From the NCBI GenBank assembly GCA_040954595.2, contig CM082589.2:8192232-8256231 (forward strand): a DNA stretch of 64,000 nt. Direction: 5' to 3'. Of this stretch, positions 1 to 12,616 are shown piece after piece. The notes beneath the pieces were generated by a model. It was given only the letters and a program-made list of their open reading frames with translations, did no database searches and was not told where the DNA came from. Origin of the DNA: Balanoglossus misakiensis. Taxonomy: Eukaryota; Animalia; Hemichordata. A program made the translations under genes and the position numbers. The number at the start of each line of letters is the position of its first letter. The first letter of the stretch is position 1.

Positions 1-825
1 ATGATTCGTGATAAATTTTTGGCCGTAGGCCCTATTGTCATATGTTATGACAATTCCCATATTATTCTCGTCATGAATTGCGTCAACTTAATAGTATCAA
101 TAAATGTCTGCGTTCAAATATTGACCATGTGCTTTCTCTGCCAGACCACACTTCGTCAACATGATTTAACCGATCACATACTTGTCTCAAGAAAAAATGA
201 TCTTTCCACTGAAAGTTGATTTGCTGAACTATTGGCAGGGTATATTGATGACATAACTGAACTCACTTTAATTGTATATTTTGTAATTGAACGGAAAATC
301 TTAGCCTCTGTGTGCGCGCGGACGACAAGAGAAAGTTCATCCCTCGGCTGTACCAGACCTTCAGAACTTTCAACCAAAACCCAGCTTTCGGTGATATAGG
401 CTTCAAATGGTCTGTCAAATTAATATAAACATCAAACGGCCGACACTCAACGTATTATCTGATTTTTTGTAAATCTAACGGAAGTAGATTTTGAAACATA
501 TATTTACTTTCAGATTATGCAATTGCATTAGTTTTAGCTTTGAATGGTTGGAAAGGACGTCACAGGTTGGTGATATTAATTATGTATGAGACCACAGTTA
601 ACAATCAATAGTTTATTGTTATGCTAATATCCACTTTTGCTGTTTACGTATCGTCGTTGGCAAAACTTCGCAATTTATCTGTATGCTGTATGAGAATGGT
701 AGACACACGGAAAGCTTGTGAGAGAATAATGTAACAGGGATTCACCTACAACCAGTGCAGGAAATGATTTTGACCTCACACTGCAGCGGTTTACCCGTCA
801 AATCCTCAAAGTGAAGTTCAACTGA

Positions 826-3800
826 ATGGAGAAGTTACAATCCAGTTGCCCTGCGGGGAAGACGAGTCGTGTGCAGGGACGCTGGAAATGTGGCGGTGTT
901 TTGATTACTCTCGTACTCTTGGTGAGTGGTGATGAGATAGTAAACTTATCAGATAAGAAGTTTTCCATAGTCTGTATCAAGCCTGTTGAACTCTCACCTT
1001 CGACAAGTAGTCTTCTAAGTTTGTTATGACTTCGACTGCCATGCTAAACACCCACATTTTTTCTTGTAATATCCTGTGATAGACATTGTACATCATCCAT
1101 TTGATGCTGTGGATGATAAAGATACCAGTATTTTCTATTTCTCCTTGTCAAGGAAGTTTGTAGTGTAGAGGGAAAATATATGAAAAATAGATTAATTGCC
1201 TCATAACCTGAACATGTACGTTCGTTTTCTTTCTTCAAACTAACCGCCTACATTATGAATGTCATTAATTCAACATTTTCTGCTCATTTAACGATGTTAA
1301 GTCTTTACAGCGATAAACAGTTAAATGTACAACAACGCGAAATCATTTTAAAATGATATTTTAATCGGTCTGTTTTTTCAGCTTCTCGTTCTTCCAGAAG
1401 CCAAAGCTCAAGGTAAGACAGTGTACGACATTTTTTACTTAAATCCTTAGAAAGAAATCGATGAGATACTGGTATCAAATATTCATAGGTTTGAGTAAAT
1501 TCACCTTTTGATGTTATACAGCTGTCTAAGGTAAAGGTCCAAATTGGAGGCTGCAGTTAAATTATCACCATTCAGATTAACAAAACTATCGAAACTATTT
1601 TGTCTGCGTAATCATGGATTTTTGGAAATGTTGCTTGCTATGGCAAATGTCATTGGGTTGCATGAATCAATAATTGAATCGACCAGACCTCAGTCTTAAA
1701 TACTTTAACATTGACATGATCTTTTATGTCTATAGTTTCACAAAATAATATTTTTTTCATGTTTGCATTTTCTCTTGACAAAAAATACCATTAAGAAATT
1801 TCCCCAAATATTGTTATAATCGTGTAAGTAGAATTAATCGATGCCGTTCAGTCTTCGTACGTTAGTTGTCTGTTGACCCCTTTATTGTGTGGTTTGTTAT
1901 CAAATTGAATGGAATATCGATCCGCGAGTGTCATTGCATAGTTACTCTCAGTCAGATAGTTCTTAATCGCGGGTGTGATTGAGGTAACCACTTTAAAACA
2001 TCTTAATGTTTACAGTACGTGTTATGACACCACCCTCTTCCGGGTAGACATATTTTAACCGATGTAGTATTTGTCTCTGATAACATTATCACCAACTTGA
2101 CTATCCTTGTCTCAAGCTAATAATATCAGACGACCTTGAAAGCGGGTGTAAAGGCAATGTGTATCTTCGGTTGATGACACAACTTGATATGAGTTTTCTT
2201 TTCAAAATGATAATTTCACAGCCAACAATAAATACTTCGGATAATACCGGTTTATTATTGTCCTGCATCATTCCCAAACATCATTCCGTATTTGCTTTTA
2301 TATTTATTTTCATGTCGATTTGCCATTGGAAACGAATCTGACTCAATCAGTGTGCATCCTATCTGAAACATGACTGCGAACAATTTAATAGTGTGTTGTC
2401 TGATTTTGATTAACGTAGTTGGGATTATCGTTATAATAATATAATATATAATCTCCACACACAGTAAGTTGTTCCAAACCTTGTGTGCTGACAGAAATCA
2501 CATACGTCATCATGTTATTCAGTCCTATCCATCTCTCATTACACACCAGTTCATCGCTGTCTATGTTCTGAAAGTTTCTGTCCATTCAAACTACAAGTCC
2601 AGGTTCAGTTCCATACGTGCAGGTTTTTTTGCTGTTTACATGACAATTGCTACTAAACAGAGCACTGTATTTTTCATTTATAAGTCGATGGCAATTGGTC
2701 CGATTGGACGTCTTGGTCGAATTGTACAGTTGCATGTGGCGGCGAGGGCAACCAGACAAGAAGCCGTAACTGTTCCAATCCTGCACCGAGTAATGGAGGT
2801 AGTGAGTGTGTCGGTGAAGACCAAGAATATCAAACATGTGGCAATATTTCGTGTCCAGGTACAAACTTTTTTTCTGTCAACTTTTTGCCGGGATAGCTGT
2901 AGACAAAGATAATTTTGCCCTAAACGTCAGTAAATGTTTATTTAATTCCAATGAGATAGGGAACGTCGATGTATCGCTTTTGTTTTACTATTACCATCAT
3001 TTCTGACAACTATGAAAATTTTGTTACGTCATATTTGTTGGAAGTTCATGAAGGATATCTTAATGTGACACAAATATATATTTGGGATAAAGGGGCGATA
3101 AAATCATGAAACTACGTCATGGAATTGCATAATCATTGAACAGCAAGACATAACATTACAGGCATACACTTTGCCGCAAATTATGGTCAGATTGATTCAA
3201 GATATTAACTGCTGTACATATACCTCCTTTTCATTACTTTAACTGTTGATTTAAGTGGACGGAGGTTGGACAACATGGACAAAATGGACGGCCTGTGGAG
3301 CGGATTGCAAACAAGAGCGATATCGATACTGTACCAATCCGACACCAGCATATGGTGGTGCCGACTGTGAGGGCGCTGCCGCACAAGAATATGAGTGCAG
3401 TATCATTGATTGTCCCGGTAAGTCGAGCCACGTCATCAATCATGCCAATTAATTACAAATGATGCATTATCCGCCTTGGAGAAACCAAAACATTTTGCAG
3501 TGAGTACAGTACGTTTGTCGGCTGCGCGACTGCGCAAAGTCGGACCTAGCGCGGAATGGGCCGGCGCCAACCGCTACTGCATGCGTGGAGTTAAGCGAAA
3601 CCCAGAGTACATGTAGATCAAACCATCACCTTGACATGAAGTGTAGCGGTAAACATTCCAAGTTGATGATGATGTAACTGAACTGATGTCACAGATGACG
3701 TAAACGGATGAAGGTCATGATGCGGGCTATGAGGTCAATTAAATGAAATCCTTACACAAGCTTAATGTAGTTCGTCTCAAGATATGTACAGATATGCTTT

Positions 3801-6800
3801 GATTATGTATCGTTTATGTGACTATCTGAAGAGGATATGGTTCCGAATCATGTATTAGCAGGCATCGAATTAACACAGGATAGCAAAGTATTATCCCTAC
3901 TTTTTGATTCCTAAAATCCATATCAATTCTTTCAAACAACGTTTCGTAGACCAGCTTTTTCAAACAGATGTACACCTTAGCACCTGCCACAACGTTTGAA
4001 CACACTTTTATCTGATATCAATTTACTCTGGTCTAACACGGTATTGCGACAAAATTTATGAAACTGGTAGGATCAATCAAGCGTGGATTTTTGAAGGATT
4101 CAAAAGAATTATTACGTGCTTTGCAAACAAAGAAAAAAGTGAAACTCAAACTTTATTTTTTACGCTATACACAACTATCTCCAAAAAAAGTTTTTGAAAA
4201 GTTTACATTTCATACCTTCGTTTCCGGCAAGACTTCCTAGAAAATTCGGTTGTTGTGACGAGGAACCACTATCCACACGAAATGTCCAGATATGACCATA
4301 TATTTTACTTCGTAAAAAGCAAAGGACAAGACAAACGATTACCACTTTGTACAAAGTATATATACAAACGCAATGAAAACTCTCTCTACGGTTTGATCAC
4401 TTTATGCTAAATTCAGACTAATATGCAAAATAAGTGAAAACATATGCAAATATAAAGTAAAATATGCAAATGTTACTCGGGGTATTTAAATGTCCTTTTT
4501 TCCATCGGTTACATAATAAAACTCCATACTTGCATTTTCAGTGAATGGAGAGTGGGGTGCCTGGACTGTGCAAACATGTAACTCGGAATGCAGAGGTTAT
4601 AAAACCCGACTGTGTGACAGTCCCCATCCAGTACGAGGTGGTGCCGATTGTGTTGGTGATAGTGAAGAAATCGATGGTGAATGCACCGGATTTGAATGCG
4701 TGACAAACGGTAATTTATTTATTTTTAATATTCACCAGAACGGTTCCTCAAAATGGCATTTCCCTACAAGGCCAGACTTTCCGTAGTAACAACTGAATTA
4801 CTGGATATTATGCAAAACTTTTTGTGAGTTTGCGAACCAGCATCAGACATCGTCCACGAGAAACCAACTCGGCGCACGTGATAGCATCTCTCTTGCGCAC
4901 GAGATGCAATCTTCCCCCCCCCCCCCTAAATTGACCCGTATGGGCTTTATATGGAGTCCTCTACACGGAATTAGTATAGGAAATACCACCTGTTGGAGTG
5001 GGTTTACAATGGAAACCTTCACTGTGTCGGTCGGAAGCTTGTAAACGTCACGAGGCCTCAGAATTATCATGTGACACACATATTTACATTTACATCATGA
5101 CTGTTATAACAGGTGCTTGGTCTCACTGGTCATCATGGACTGATTGTACAAAAACCTGCGCATTGGGTACCAAGGCAAGATATCGAACGTGTACCAACCC
5201 ACGCCCTGGCAATGGAGGGCGCCCTTGTCCAGAAAGTGATCACACCGAAGAATCTACACATTGTTACATGCAGTCGTGTCCCAGTAAGCTGATAAAAAAT
5301 TAACATAAATGGCTTTTTAAACTGACTGACCTGATAAGATAATTTCGCACGCTGAACTAATTCAAGGTCATATTGACATGGTAATCTTTACATCACAAAA
5401 ATAAAAATTGTGGTTTGAGACGAGACGTCGTGGATATATCATCACAACGCATACAACAACGTGGATTATATCACACCTGTGTTGGGATTCTCCAGTGTCC
5501 ATTCACGTGGGGTGCTTCAATTTTGCTATGATGCATACTTACCGGTCAACAGGTTTGGAACTGTTACCTTGTCAGGGGACGAACGTATGATGTTGCCCTG
5601 ATGACCAGTCAATAAGTGTACATTATGAATGCGTTTTAAAAAAATATGGTATTTAAGCCACCATTTCCTTGATAATTGCATTTTTCATTATTTCAACAGG
5701 GCCATTGGAACCGATCGTCTATAAAAGCGACGACAGTTTACCGCCAAATTTTGCTTTAATTCTCGAATGTATATTTGGAACGTTGGGCTTCATTGTTTTA
5801 GTATTGTGTATTGGACTTGCAATTCGGAAACGACACCTGCGTAAACGACGAGACAAGGCCATGGTGAGTTTAATCAAACGTGAACACAATAAGACTATTT
5901 ATTTATTTATTTATTTATTTATTGTACGTTATAGATGAAAATTCCACGCATTTAATAATATTATGTTTCCAACAACAGGAAGAACGTGAAAAGGACGAGA
6001 AGTACAAGGAAGCCATAGAAATGAGTATGATACCAGTAAGTATAGCGTTACTATTATCAGGTTATTGTTCATTCATTCAACACAATTTAACATCATCATT
6101 AAAATTTAAGCAAATTAGGTACCTCTTAAAATTGTAGTGGTCTGACCCAGCGACGTGGTCAGGCTACGTCCCTGAGATCATTTATTCATTCGTATTCTAT
6201 CGTAAATATTCTTAACAGAGGACAGTCGACATTTGCGCGTTTCCTTGATATGAGGAAAGCATTCAATAATAAACGTCCATTTAACCAACTCATAGTTTGT
6301 ATTCTTTACTATCAATCACGTGATCTGGCCATGTGACCCACGGCGTTGTCATTTCCAGATGACGGGCAAGCAATATTTCGGCATCCAGTAAAAGTTTTTC
6401 TGGGTGTGTTTATACTTTAGAACCGCCAAACACATAACATGTATCAGGTATAATGCCTTATCAGACCCATGGAGTTTCCTCTGCATAGTCTTTGTCTGGA
6501 CAAGTTGCCCATCATCTGGAAATTTGAATGCCAACGTAACTGCCGCCTGAGCGCGTCTGACGTCATTTGACATCGAAGAATTAAAAAATAATATTCTTTG
6601 TGATCAAAACTACCGCGGGGAGTGAAATTTAGTTGGTATCCAACATATTTTATTCCGATGTATAACTCTTTATTTAATTATTATTATTGATGTCACTTAT
6701 AGGAGGGTAAAAAAACAGGAAGACCACAGTCGGCCGCAGCACGCCAAAAACGTAGCGAACTGAAAGCAAGACTGAAAAAGGGACAGTTTGGAGAAAAGAC

Positions 6801-9800
6801 GCCACTGATGGTAGGTAGAAACGCCGAAAATCTCAATCAGAATTTAAATACTCGTCAAACTGCAATTGTATGTGTCAACAAAACACTGGCTGTCTCACAG
6901 CAGGTATACATTAATACAATAACCGTGTGTTTGCATCCGATAGGTCCAGTTTGGTTCACAAGAATCTCTAAATTCGAGTTCTCGCCCGAGTTCTGCATCA
7001 TCAGTCAAAATTCGCCCGAGCTCTGCAGTATCGGTCAAAGACCCAGAAGATATATTGACGTCACTTAAAAGCCCGGATGACATTATGACACAAAACATGC
7101 AACAGGTAATACAAGACAAATATAGTAACGTTGTGTCCATCATTTAATATGTCTATGTTTGCATTTAATTACACTGTTCTGTGCAGTATGCACCTCTTAA
7201 AGTGAATGGGTAGTCGCACCGCTCAGGTCCGCCCCGATGAGAATATGTCCTCCCATACCAGCGCAAACCCCACTGCAGTCGCCACGACCTCTAGGATTTT
7301 CAGTTGCCGTCATGCCCAGTTTGCCTAAGAATTATCTTATTTGGGGGATATCTGGATGAATTGTAATGTTTATAAACAAACAAACGCGGCGCGACGACCC
7401 CGTCACTTTATTAACTGTGTTACAGCCTTTAATTTCAACCTAGTATATTAGTTTGAAGAGATGACATTTTCACTGCGATCTGTGCTAAATTTTCCCAAAC
7501 ATCTTGCAGCTTGATGAACGCCTGAAGGAATTAGTCATTCACAACAAAGCTAAGTCGAAGATGAAGTTACCAAGTGATCTTGAAACAAAGGAAGAAGAAC
7601 ACGTCGATAGATTAACGAAACTGATGAAGAAACCAAAAGTAAGTCATGTAAAATATGCCAGTAGCTGTTATCCGTTCTTTTGTCCCGTAGCAGCATAATT
7701 ACCAGGCAGGATGTGTCAGTATACACATGTTATCTGGCCATGAGGGCATCAGCATACATCTGTAACCCGAGGGAGTGCGAGTCATCCCCAAAACAGACTG
7801 TTTCACTCGACCTTCGCCCTCGGGAAACAGTCTGTTTTGGGGGTGACTCACAGACCCGGTGGGTGAAAGACTTATGCTGTTGCCCGAAAGCCAGTTAATA
7901 TGTGTTTTGTAACACACCTCATCCGAAGCCATGCATAAGAACATGAAGTGAGCGTCAGCGGGCATCAATTTTCGGAACTGATTCCCGGCGGGCAACAGCA
8001 CAAAAAGAACGCACACACCATGTGACTATCAATTGACGAATGAGAACACACGTTGCGGATAAGGTGTGTTACAATTCTAACTGTTAACATATATTATAGA
8101 CAATGACACTCGTTTGCTTTGTCCATTATAATGCAGCAAGCAGAACCAGCAATATTCCGGGAAATTCGAGACAATTTCTGGGAAGTACCAAGGGACAGTG
8201 TTGTTCTCCTGGAAACGCTTGCCTGCAACGCATCAGCCCAGATTTGGAAAGCGAAGGCTTGGGATATTTTCGGAAAAGAGGGCGAAACCGTAGTAGCAGC
8301 TAAACTTCTTAGAGAGAATGCTACAGGCCACGAGAAGGCAGCTTTTCTAAGAGAATTGGAAGCATTAAAGAAGTTAGACGCCCATCCTAATATCATTTCA
8401 TTGCTGGGATGCTGTACCACATTAGGTACGTGTTCTGATGCTTGATAGCACGCAATGTTTCTCGTATACGATTTTCGTGCGTGATATACGGTAAAATGTT
8501 AGTGCAGTGGTTTGGCATATCTGAATGATCGTGTTTTAGAAAAAGTCAACAGTCAGGAGGAATTAGTTAATATTTGATCGATTATAATTGTTTGTGGTTA
8601 AACTGCGATCCTCTCAAGACTTAAATTCCGGTTGCCAGATGTGCGCGCATGCGCTACTCATTCCATTCGTCTTGAAAGAAAAGTCAATATGTTTACCAAC
8701 ATATATAAATCAGCATTCGGAAAATAGACTCCAACTTATTGTTCGTGACCAGAAACAAAGAGATGAAGTTTTTGTTGCAACATATTATTATTCCGATTAT
8801 GATATTTATTATTATTTATTTAACTATTTAAATAAATGTCCCCATTTGTCAGATCCCATCTACATAATGATGGAGTACGCTCAAAATAGCGACCTGCAGA
8901 CCTTTCTTCGCAATAATCGTCCAGCCACAGCCAATCGACAGGCAAATCTGCGGTCACGTGATTTGATCGTCATGGCCTGGCAGATAGCAAGAGGAATGGC
9001 GTTTCTTGCAAACGCCGAGGTTTGTATTTTTAATATAACTTTAAATCGATCGATCGACCAATTTGTTTTCAAGTTATAATGAATTAATGTCAATAAGCAA
9101 TATTGTTTTTTAAAAGCATACAAGTAATTTCATACAATAACATTCGAAAATGAAATGGATAATTTCTCAGTTTCTACTCCTTTGCAATCACACGGACATT
9201 AATGTCGTGCCGACATCTGCATGTCGCTCACGAATGACTGAACAAATTACAACACAATTTGATAGACATACTTTTAACGATAGTGTCTTATTACCAAATT
9301 GGACTTTTTCTGATGCTTTCAACAACTCATAAAAAAGAAATACAGAAAATTCGAGACATAATTATTCTGATGAAAACTTGTGTGAATAAGTTTAGCGGTA
9401 ACGGCAAACTTGTTTTTTTCTAGATTGTACATCGTGATCTTGCTGCACGAAACGTTCTTCTCGATTCAAAAATGGTTTGCAAGATCTCGAACATAGGCCG
9501 CGTCAGAAATGTGGTGGAAAATGCACTAGAAGTAAGTTGCGATGTTAACTTGTATACTGATATACGTACATGGATGGATGGATGGATTGATTTAGAAGCA
9601 GATAGGCAGACTTTTCATAATGTCAACTTATATAATATTATAATTAATTTTTAAGGGGCGACTTGCATTGAGATGGATGGCCCCCGAATCAGCACGTGCC
9701 TGTTCATACACAGTGAAGAGTGATGTCTGGTCGTTTGGTATATTAATCTGGGAAATCGCCAACTTTGGTCAGTACATTTTTGTATTCAAATTTTTGTGGG

Positions 9801-11710
9801 GTTTATTCCTGAATCTAAGCTAGTGTCCAGACACATCTGGAGGGAGAACGGGGCATTTAAGAAAAGTAATCCTTCTTTTTTCATATCACCATGGTACCTT
9901 TGATAATTGATAATCGCTCCCCTTGCTTCCTGTCGTGCCAAAATGTTATCTTTGTATACATGATTTTTGCACTGTGAATTAAAACTGGCCATGTTGACTT
10001 AAATGTCAGCCTCCTATTTTATTAATGTTGTAATGAATTTAATTGTATTCCATTTTCGAAATTAAAAACAATCGCTAGGTGTGCTTACTGTAATACAGTG
10101 ATTTGGTCGAGTATTGGTGTGCACTAACTTCTACCAATGGTTCAATTCACACAAGAAAAGAAATAGAAAACGTTGATAAATAGTATGTTCTTTTGGTCAG
10201 TATTTAAACCGCAGATTCTTATATTACTTCCATTCACAGTCTGAAACAGAATATTTCAGAATCGTTACATTATTAGAGTAGTTAAACAAAGTAGGAAACG
10301 AGTTGATTACTGTCTTGCTTTCTTTCAAATCCCCACGTCGATTGTGCCTATTACTGTAAATAACATATTTTCTTTATTTGTTTATGGATATTAGCATGCA
10401 CACCGTACCCGGGAATCTCATCCAGAGATTTACTGATTAAGTTGGAGAATGGATTCAGAATGGACAGACCCAAACACTGCTCCAAAGAACTGTAAGTTGG
10501 TGAATTATTCATTTCATTAATTTATAATAATATAATTATTATATCGTCATAATTGTTGGCATCACGTCAAGAAAAGACCATCTGTTTGGTTGTTTGTATT
10601 TTGATATGGAAATTATGAATTGAGGAATGGTGTATAATTTGGAATTTTTGATCGTATCTGAGAACAAAATTGTCCATTGATGTCTCGCTCCTTGCAACAG
10701 ATTGCCAAAACATACTTACAAAATATTGTTGTTTCCCTACTATTTTTATAGATACGCTGTTATGAGGGACTGTTGGCATGACGACCCGGCGAGGAGACCT
10801 TCATTTCAGAACTTGATGTTGACCTTGCAAGACATGACGAATGATATAGAACAAACGGTATTCGTTCTTTTGTTTGTTAGCTTGTATAGCACAATTTCTG
10901 CATCGAGTTCAGAAACCTCACCCGTGTTACACCTTAAATTGTTTTTGAGAAAACATTACGACTTTGCCCGTTGCAGCGTTTGTGTGAATTATTTCTTCAG
11001 GCAGGAACATATCATCTCCACGTGGAATAAAATGTGCACTTCCAAACATTCTCACATCAGTTTGATGGCGCACTTCTTGCGTGGCCGTCTTGTGCAATCT
11101 GGATTAGACTTATGTGACAATCACGTGACCTGAAAGATCGTACAGAGGTTACGTTGACCTTTGTACTTTCAATTTGCTGATCGGAGTGAGAATAAGCTAA
11201 TGGATCGAACCGAACCTTACTGTATATGAGAGTACAAGTCACTGTGTTGGCTGAAAGATTGTTGTCAAGTGTATAGCTATAGCGGTCTAAAATTAGGAAG
11301 TGTTTTTTTATGAAAATGATTTTATAGATTGTGGTGGAAGTTTTAATTCATGTCTTGTTTTCAGGACGAGACTATTTTATAGTATTTATTTTATAGTATT
11401 TTGTGTAGGCTTTTTTTATATTCGAGTATTTTGTGCAGGAACCTCATAGACAGAAAAGTGAACAACCTGACAGGAACTAAGATACCAAAGCACATGTAAT
11501 TGTGTGATACAAATTACCCCCGTCTCGAAGGAATGGAGCTTTCCAATACATCTGAATTACCTCTTAGTAAGTTGATCCGCAAATCCAATTTTAAACACAC
11601 TGTGTTTTTTTTTATTTTCATAGGACTATATCGATGTGAAGAAATTCGACAGTAGTGAATGTATGGACCTGGATATGCAGCGACCGTACACACCGGCTGT
11701 TAGAACATAG
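826..11710 (+). CDS. TSP1-repeat receptor tyrosine kinase-like protein (signal peptide, 4x TSP1, TM, long juxtamembrane, Ret/FGFR/Cad96Ca-like kinase; probable pseudokinase), 18 coding exons, 795 aa
   Basis: Phase-consistent GT-AG exon chain: 826-921, 1382-1412, 2685-2858, 3256-3417, 4542-4709, 5113-5283, 5700-5863, 5979-6035, 6703-6810, 6944-7105, 7510-7638, 8137-8425, 8853-9019, 9424-9531, 9656-9767, 10395-10491, 10752-10857, 11624-11710 (2388 nt, no internal stop). Signal peptide [18 protein letters not shown]; WSxW..C..R.R.C TSP1 motifs; [27 protein letters not shown] followed by RKRH; kinase motifs [45 protein letters not shown]...P..RPSF. Confidence 0.9.
2685..5283 (+). CDS. Four symmetrical phase-1 exons, each encoding one TSP1 domain (ectodomain of the receptor)
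   Basis: [28 protein letters not shown] (2685-2858, absent from the ORF track), [14 protein letters not shown] (3256-3417), [13 protein letters not shown] (4542-4709), [16 protein letters not shown] (5113-5283). Every exon length is divisible by 3. Confidence 0.9.
6321..6564. repeat. Interspersed repeat, copy 1 (intron of the receptor gene)
   Basis: Colinear with 13824-14051 (shared TGATCTGGCCATG, GCATCCAGTAAAAG, TTTATACTTTAGAACCGCC, GGAAATTTGAATGCCAACGTAA, GAGCGCGTCTGACG). Confidence 0.85.
7201..7407. mobile_element. Short non-autonomous TIR element (Kolobok-like MITE)
   Basis: TTAA|AGTGAATGGGTAGTCGCACCGC ... GCGGCGCGACGACCCCGTCACT|TTAT imperfect TIRs. The interior recurs at about 38285-38482. 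Confidence 0.65.
7779..7849. repeat. Palindromic hairpin element
   Basis: 26-bp arms 7779-7804 and 7824-7849 (one mismatch) around a loop containing CTTCG. Confidence 0.8.
8137..10857 (+). CDS. Tyrosine kinase-fold domain exons of the receptor (degenerate Gly-loop, DFG replaced by NIG)
   Basis: Six exons encode kinase subdomains [11 protein letters not shown] at 9430-9453; KISNIG with NIG at 9490-9498; [10 protein letters not shown] at 8218-8247 in place of LGxGxFGxV. Confidence 0.9.
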
Positions 11711-11735
11711 AGCTGGACCGTTCCATTATCATTAA

Positions 11736-12042
11736 AGGGACATTAGCTGTATTTGTGTTCTTTGTCCCAAATGCAATATCTTGTTCAAACAGCCAGTACT
11801 GAGCTTGTCAACGTAGCCTGTATGCGTGTAACATCCATTGTTATTGTTGACAGATGAATTCTAGTCCGGACTTGAATTGAAATTTACATTATAACAATGC
11901 TGACTGTATACTTATAGGTTGTGTTGATAAGCCGGATACTGGGCATTTTATCGTGTTTCAGGAATTTGAACAAGAAACTGCAGTGGAGACACAAAACGAA
12001 AACATACTGAAAACATAGTAAAAAGTTACAGCTAATGGAGAT
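11736..12042. mobile_element. Decayed Kolobok-like MITE in the receptor 3' UTR
   Basis: TTAA|AGGGACATTAGCTGTA ... TACAGCTAAT inverted match. The interior (GAATTCTAGTCxGGACTTGAA, ATACTGGGCATTTTAT, GAACAAGAAACTG) recurs at about 48125-48272. Confidence 0.6.
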
Positions 12043-12610
12043 TCAAGGAATTTACATCGATGGACTATCATCATAGTAGATGGAAAATCAGAAGTTATTG
12101 ATACTGTTTGTAGTGCAATAATTTTTCGGGTTGCCTCGTTACATAATTTATTTGTTAAATTTTAGATGAATAGTACTGTTGAAATAGTGTTGAATTACGA
12201 CCGTTGACTGATTAGGGTAATACTCACCCAGAGGACAGACTTTCAGAAAATTTATTGTCCTCCATATTTGAAAATTATGGAGGACTACAAGTTTCTGAGT
12301 ACTAAGTGAGGCATCTTTTTTTCTCTATTTTAAAAGGGAATAGTTTACATTTTCCTCGCAACGTAAATAGTTTGCAGAAAAAAATGATTTCAAATAGACT
12401 GAATGTTATACTATTTTCTTGATAATATTATTTTACACGTTTTATATATGAACCATATTCAAACCCTTTTATTCCAATCGTAACGCAGTGTGAGAAAGCG
12501 TAAAAGTCTCCACTTACATCATTATGACAAACGGTTTCATAACTTTCTTTACATTTATATAACTGAATTGCATTCACGTTTTATGTGATTTCTTATCAAC
12601 GTAAAAGACA

Positions 12611-12616
12611 AATAAA
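12611..12616 (+). terminator. Candidate polyadenylation signal of the receptor gene
   Basis: AATAAA about 900 bp after the stop codon. Confidence 0.35.

Noticed and set aside
2469-2912. 147-aa ORF on +
   Set aside because: Wrong frame; the real coding segment is the TSP1 exon 2685-2858 in another frame.
11001-11030. Alternative last exon of the receptor (TTCTTCAG|GCAGGAACATAT...TAA)
   Set aside because: In frame but only 9 codons and unsupported; the 11624 exon has a much stronger acceptor and a typical RTK tail.
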